Part shown: positions 61,501 through 64,000 of the stretch, in pieces | How the letters are laid out: every line of letters begins with the position of its first letter | Numbering within the stretch: position 1 is the stretch's first letter | Assembly: GCA_964016885.1 (NCBI GenBank) | Contig: OZ024744.1 | Location: 123,008,001 to 123,072,000 of the forward strand | Length of the DNA: 64,000 nucleotides | Reading direction: 5' to 3' | Origin: Eledone cirrhosa | Taxonomy: Eukaryota | Program-made: the position numbers and the translations under genes | The notes under the pieces: generated by a model | The model's input: only the letters and a program-made list of their open reading frames with translations | Database searches by the model: none | Told to the model about the DNA's origin: nothing

Positions 61501-64000
61501 AAAGGTCATGTAGGTGACACAACAAAATGTACTCAGTAGCCACTGTAAAGTTGTCATGTAGGGGTCACAACAAAAATACCCAGTACACACTGTAATGTGG
61601 TCATGTAGGTGTCACAACAAAAATTACCCTGTCCACACTATAAAGAGGTCATGTAGGTGTCACAACAAAACTACTCTGTCCACACTGTAAAGTTGTCATG
61701 TAAGTGTCACAATAGAAAGTTCCCAGTACACACTGTAAAGTAGTCATGCAGGTGTCACAATAGAAAGTACCCAGTACCCACTGTAAAGTGGTCATGTGGG
61801 TGTCACAACAAAAAGTACTCACTACACGCTGTAAAGTATTCATGTAGGTGTCATTTCAAAAAGTACCCAATACACACTGTAAAGTGTTCATGTATGTGTC
61901 ACAAGAAAAATACATAGTACACACTGTAAAGTGGTCATGTAGGTGTCACAACAAAAAGTACCCAGACCACACTATAAAAAGGTCATGTAGGTGTCACAAC
62001 AAAAATACCATCTACCACTGTAAAGTGGTCATGCAGGTGTCACAACAATAAGTACTCAGTACCCACTGTAAAGTTGTCATATAGGTGTCAGAACAAAAAG
62101 TACCATCTACCAATGTAAAGTGGTCATGCAGGTGTCACAACAAAATTACCCAGTCCACGTTGTAAAGTAGTCATGTAGGTTTCACAATAGAAAGTACCCA
62201 GTACACACTGTAAAGTAGACATCTGGGTGACACAACAAAATGTACCCAGTACACGCTGTAAAGTAGTCATATAGGTGTCATTTCAAAAAGTACCCAATAC
62301 TCACTGTAAAGTAGTCATGTATGTTTCACAAAAGAAGGTACGCAATACACACTATAAAGTGTTCATGTAGGTGTCACAACAAAAAGTACCTAGTACACAC
62401 TGTAAAGTGGTCATGTAGGTGTCACAAAAGAAAGTACCCAGTACATATTGTAAAGTGGTCATGTAGATGTCGCAACAAAAAGTACTCAGTACACACTGTA
62501 AAATTGTCATGTAGGTGTCACAACAAAAAGTACCCAGTACACGCTGTAAAATAGTCATGTAGGAGTCACAACAAAAAGTACCTAGTACACAGCGTAAAGC
62601 GGTCGTGTAGGTGTCACAACAAAAAGTACCCAATACACACTCTAAAGTAGTCATGTAGGTGTCACATCAAAAGGGACCCAGTACACACTGTAAAGTGTTA
62701 TGCAGCTGTCACAACAAAAATTACACTGTCCACACTATAAAGAGGTCATGTAGGTGTCACAACAAATAGTGCTGAGTACACACTGTAAAGTGGTCATGTA
62801 GGTGTCACAACAAAATGTACCATCTACCACTGTAAAGTGGTCATGCAGGTGTCACAACAAAATACTCAGTACACACTGTAAAGTTGTTATGTAGGTGTCA
62901 GAACAAAAAGTACCATCTACGACTGTAAAGTGGTCATGCAGGTGTCACAACAAAAAGTACTCAGTACACACTGCAAAGTAGTCATGTAGGTGTCACAACA
63001 AAAACTACCCAGTACACACTGTAAAGTTGTCATGTAGGTGTCACAACAAAAAGTATCCAGTACACACTATAAAAAGATCATGTAGGTGACACAACAAAAT
63101 GTACTCAGTACCCACTTTAAAGTTGTCATGTAGGGGTCACAACAAAAATACCCAGTACACACTGTAAAGTGGTCATGTAGGTGTCACAACAGAAAGTAGT
63201 TAATACACACTGTAAAGTTGTCATGTAGGTGTCACAACAAAAATTACCCAGTACACACTGTAAAGTATTCATGTAGGTGTCACAAAAGAAAGTACACAAT
63301 ACACACTATAAAGTGTTCATGTAGGTGTCACAACAAAAAGTACCTAGTACACACTGTAAAGTGGTCCTGTAGGTGTCACAACAAAAAGTACCCAGTCCAC
63401 ACTATAAAAAGGTGATGTAGGTGTCACAACAAAAAGTACCATCTACCACTGTAAAGTGGTCATGCAGGTGTCACAACAAAAAGTACTCAGTACACACTGT
63501 AAAGTGGACATGTAGGTGTCAGAACAAAAAGTACCATCTACGACTGTAAAGTGGTCATGCAGGTGTCACAACAAAAAGTACTCAGTACACACTGCAAAGT
63601 AGTCATGTAGGTGTCACAACAAAAACTACCCAGTACACACTGTAAAGTTGTCATGTAGGTGTCACAACAAAAAGTATCCAGTACACACTATAAAAAGATC
63701 ATGTAGGTGACACAACAAAATGTACTCAGTACCCACTTTAAAGTTGTCATGTAGGGGTCACAACAAAAATACCCAGTACACACTGTAAAGTGGTCATGTA
63801 GGTGTCACAACAGAAAGTAGTTAATACACACTGTAAAGTTGTCATGTAGGTGTCACAACAAAAATTACCCAGTACACACTGTAAAGTATTCATGTAGGTG
63901 TCACAAAAGAAAGTACACAATACACACTATAAAGTGTTCATGTAGGTGTCACAACAAAAAGTACCTAGTACACACTGTAAAGTGGTCCTGTAGGTGTCAC
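55564..64000. repeat. 48-bp satellite array (gtcatgtaggtgtcacaacaaaaagtacccagtacacactgtaaagtg) with 46-bp variants and higher-order repeats; runs off the window
   Basis: Directly visible tandem units; 16-aa periodicity in the spurious ORFs. Confidence 0.97.

Noticed and set aside
55564-64000. CRISPR-like array or Cys-rich repeat protein
   Set aside because: No unique spacers and no cas genes; frequent stops and 46/48-bp frame-breaking variants indicate a non-coding satellite.

Overview
Gene-free, repeat-saturated eukaryotic (animal) DNA. Its SINE, (TA)n/(CA)n microsatellites and retroelement mix resemble a coleoid cephalopod such as Octopus; that assignment is an inference. I found no host protein-coding gene. 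Contents: a (GGT/GTT)n tract and a 40-bp minisatellite (1-1.7 kb); five decayed Tx1/L1-clade LINE copies, one alone and four in a head-to-tail array (44.5-55.6 kb); at least six Penelope-like elements (PLEs; Neptune-type and Hydra-type) with direct or inverted pseudo-LTRs and at least seven hammerhead-ribozyme motifs; a PHD-finger CRE-like RLE retrotransposon; a full-length CsRn1-clade Ty3/Gypsy element nested in a PLE; tRNA-derived SINEs; a hAT-type MITE; and a 48-bp satellite with higher-order repeats (55.6-64 kb). The most unusual item is a Neptune-type PLE (18.6-24.9 kb, minus strand) with an extra upstream coiled-coil ORF. Its RT-GIY-YIG ORF has no usable AUG, and a U_UUU_UUA slippery site joins the two ORFs in exactly the -1 frame, suggesting gag-pol-like programmed frameshifting. 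Second is the apparent self-targeting of the Tx1 LINE to its own (TATC)n tail.
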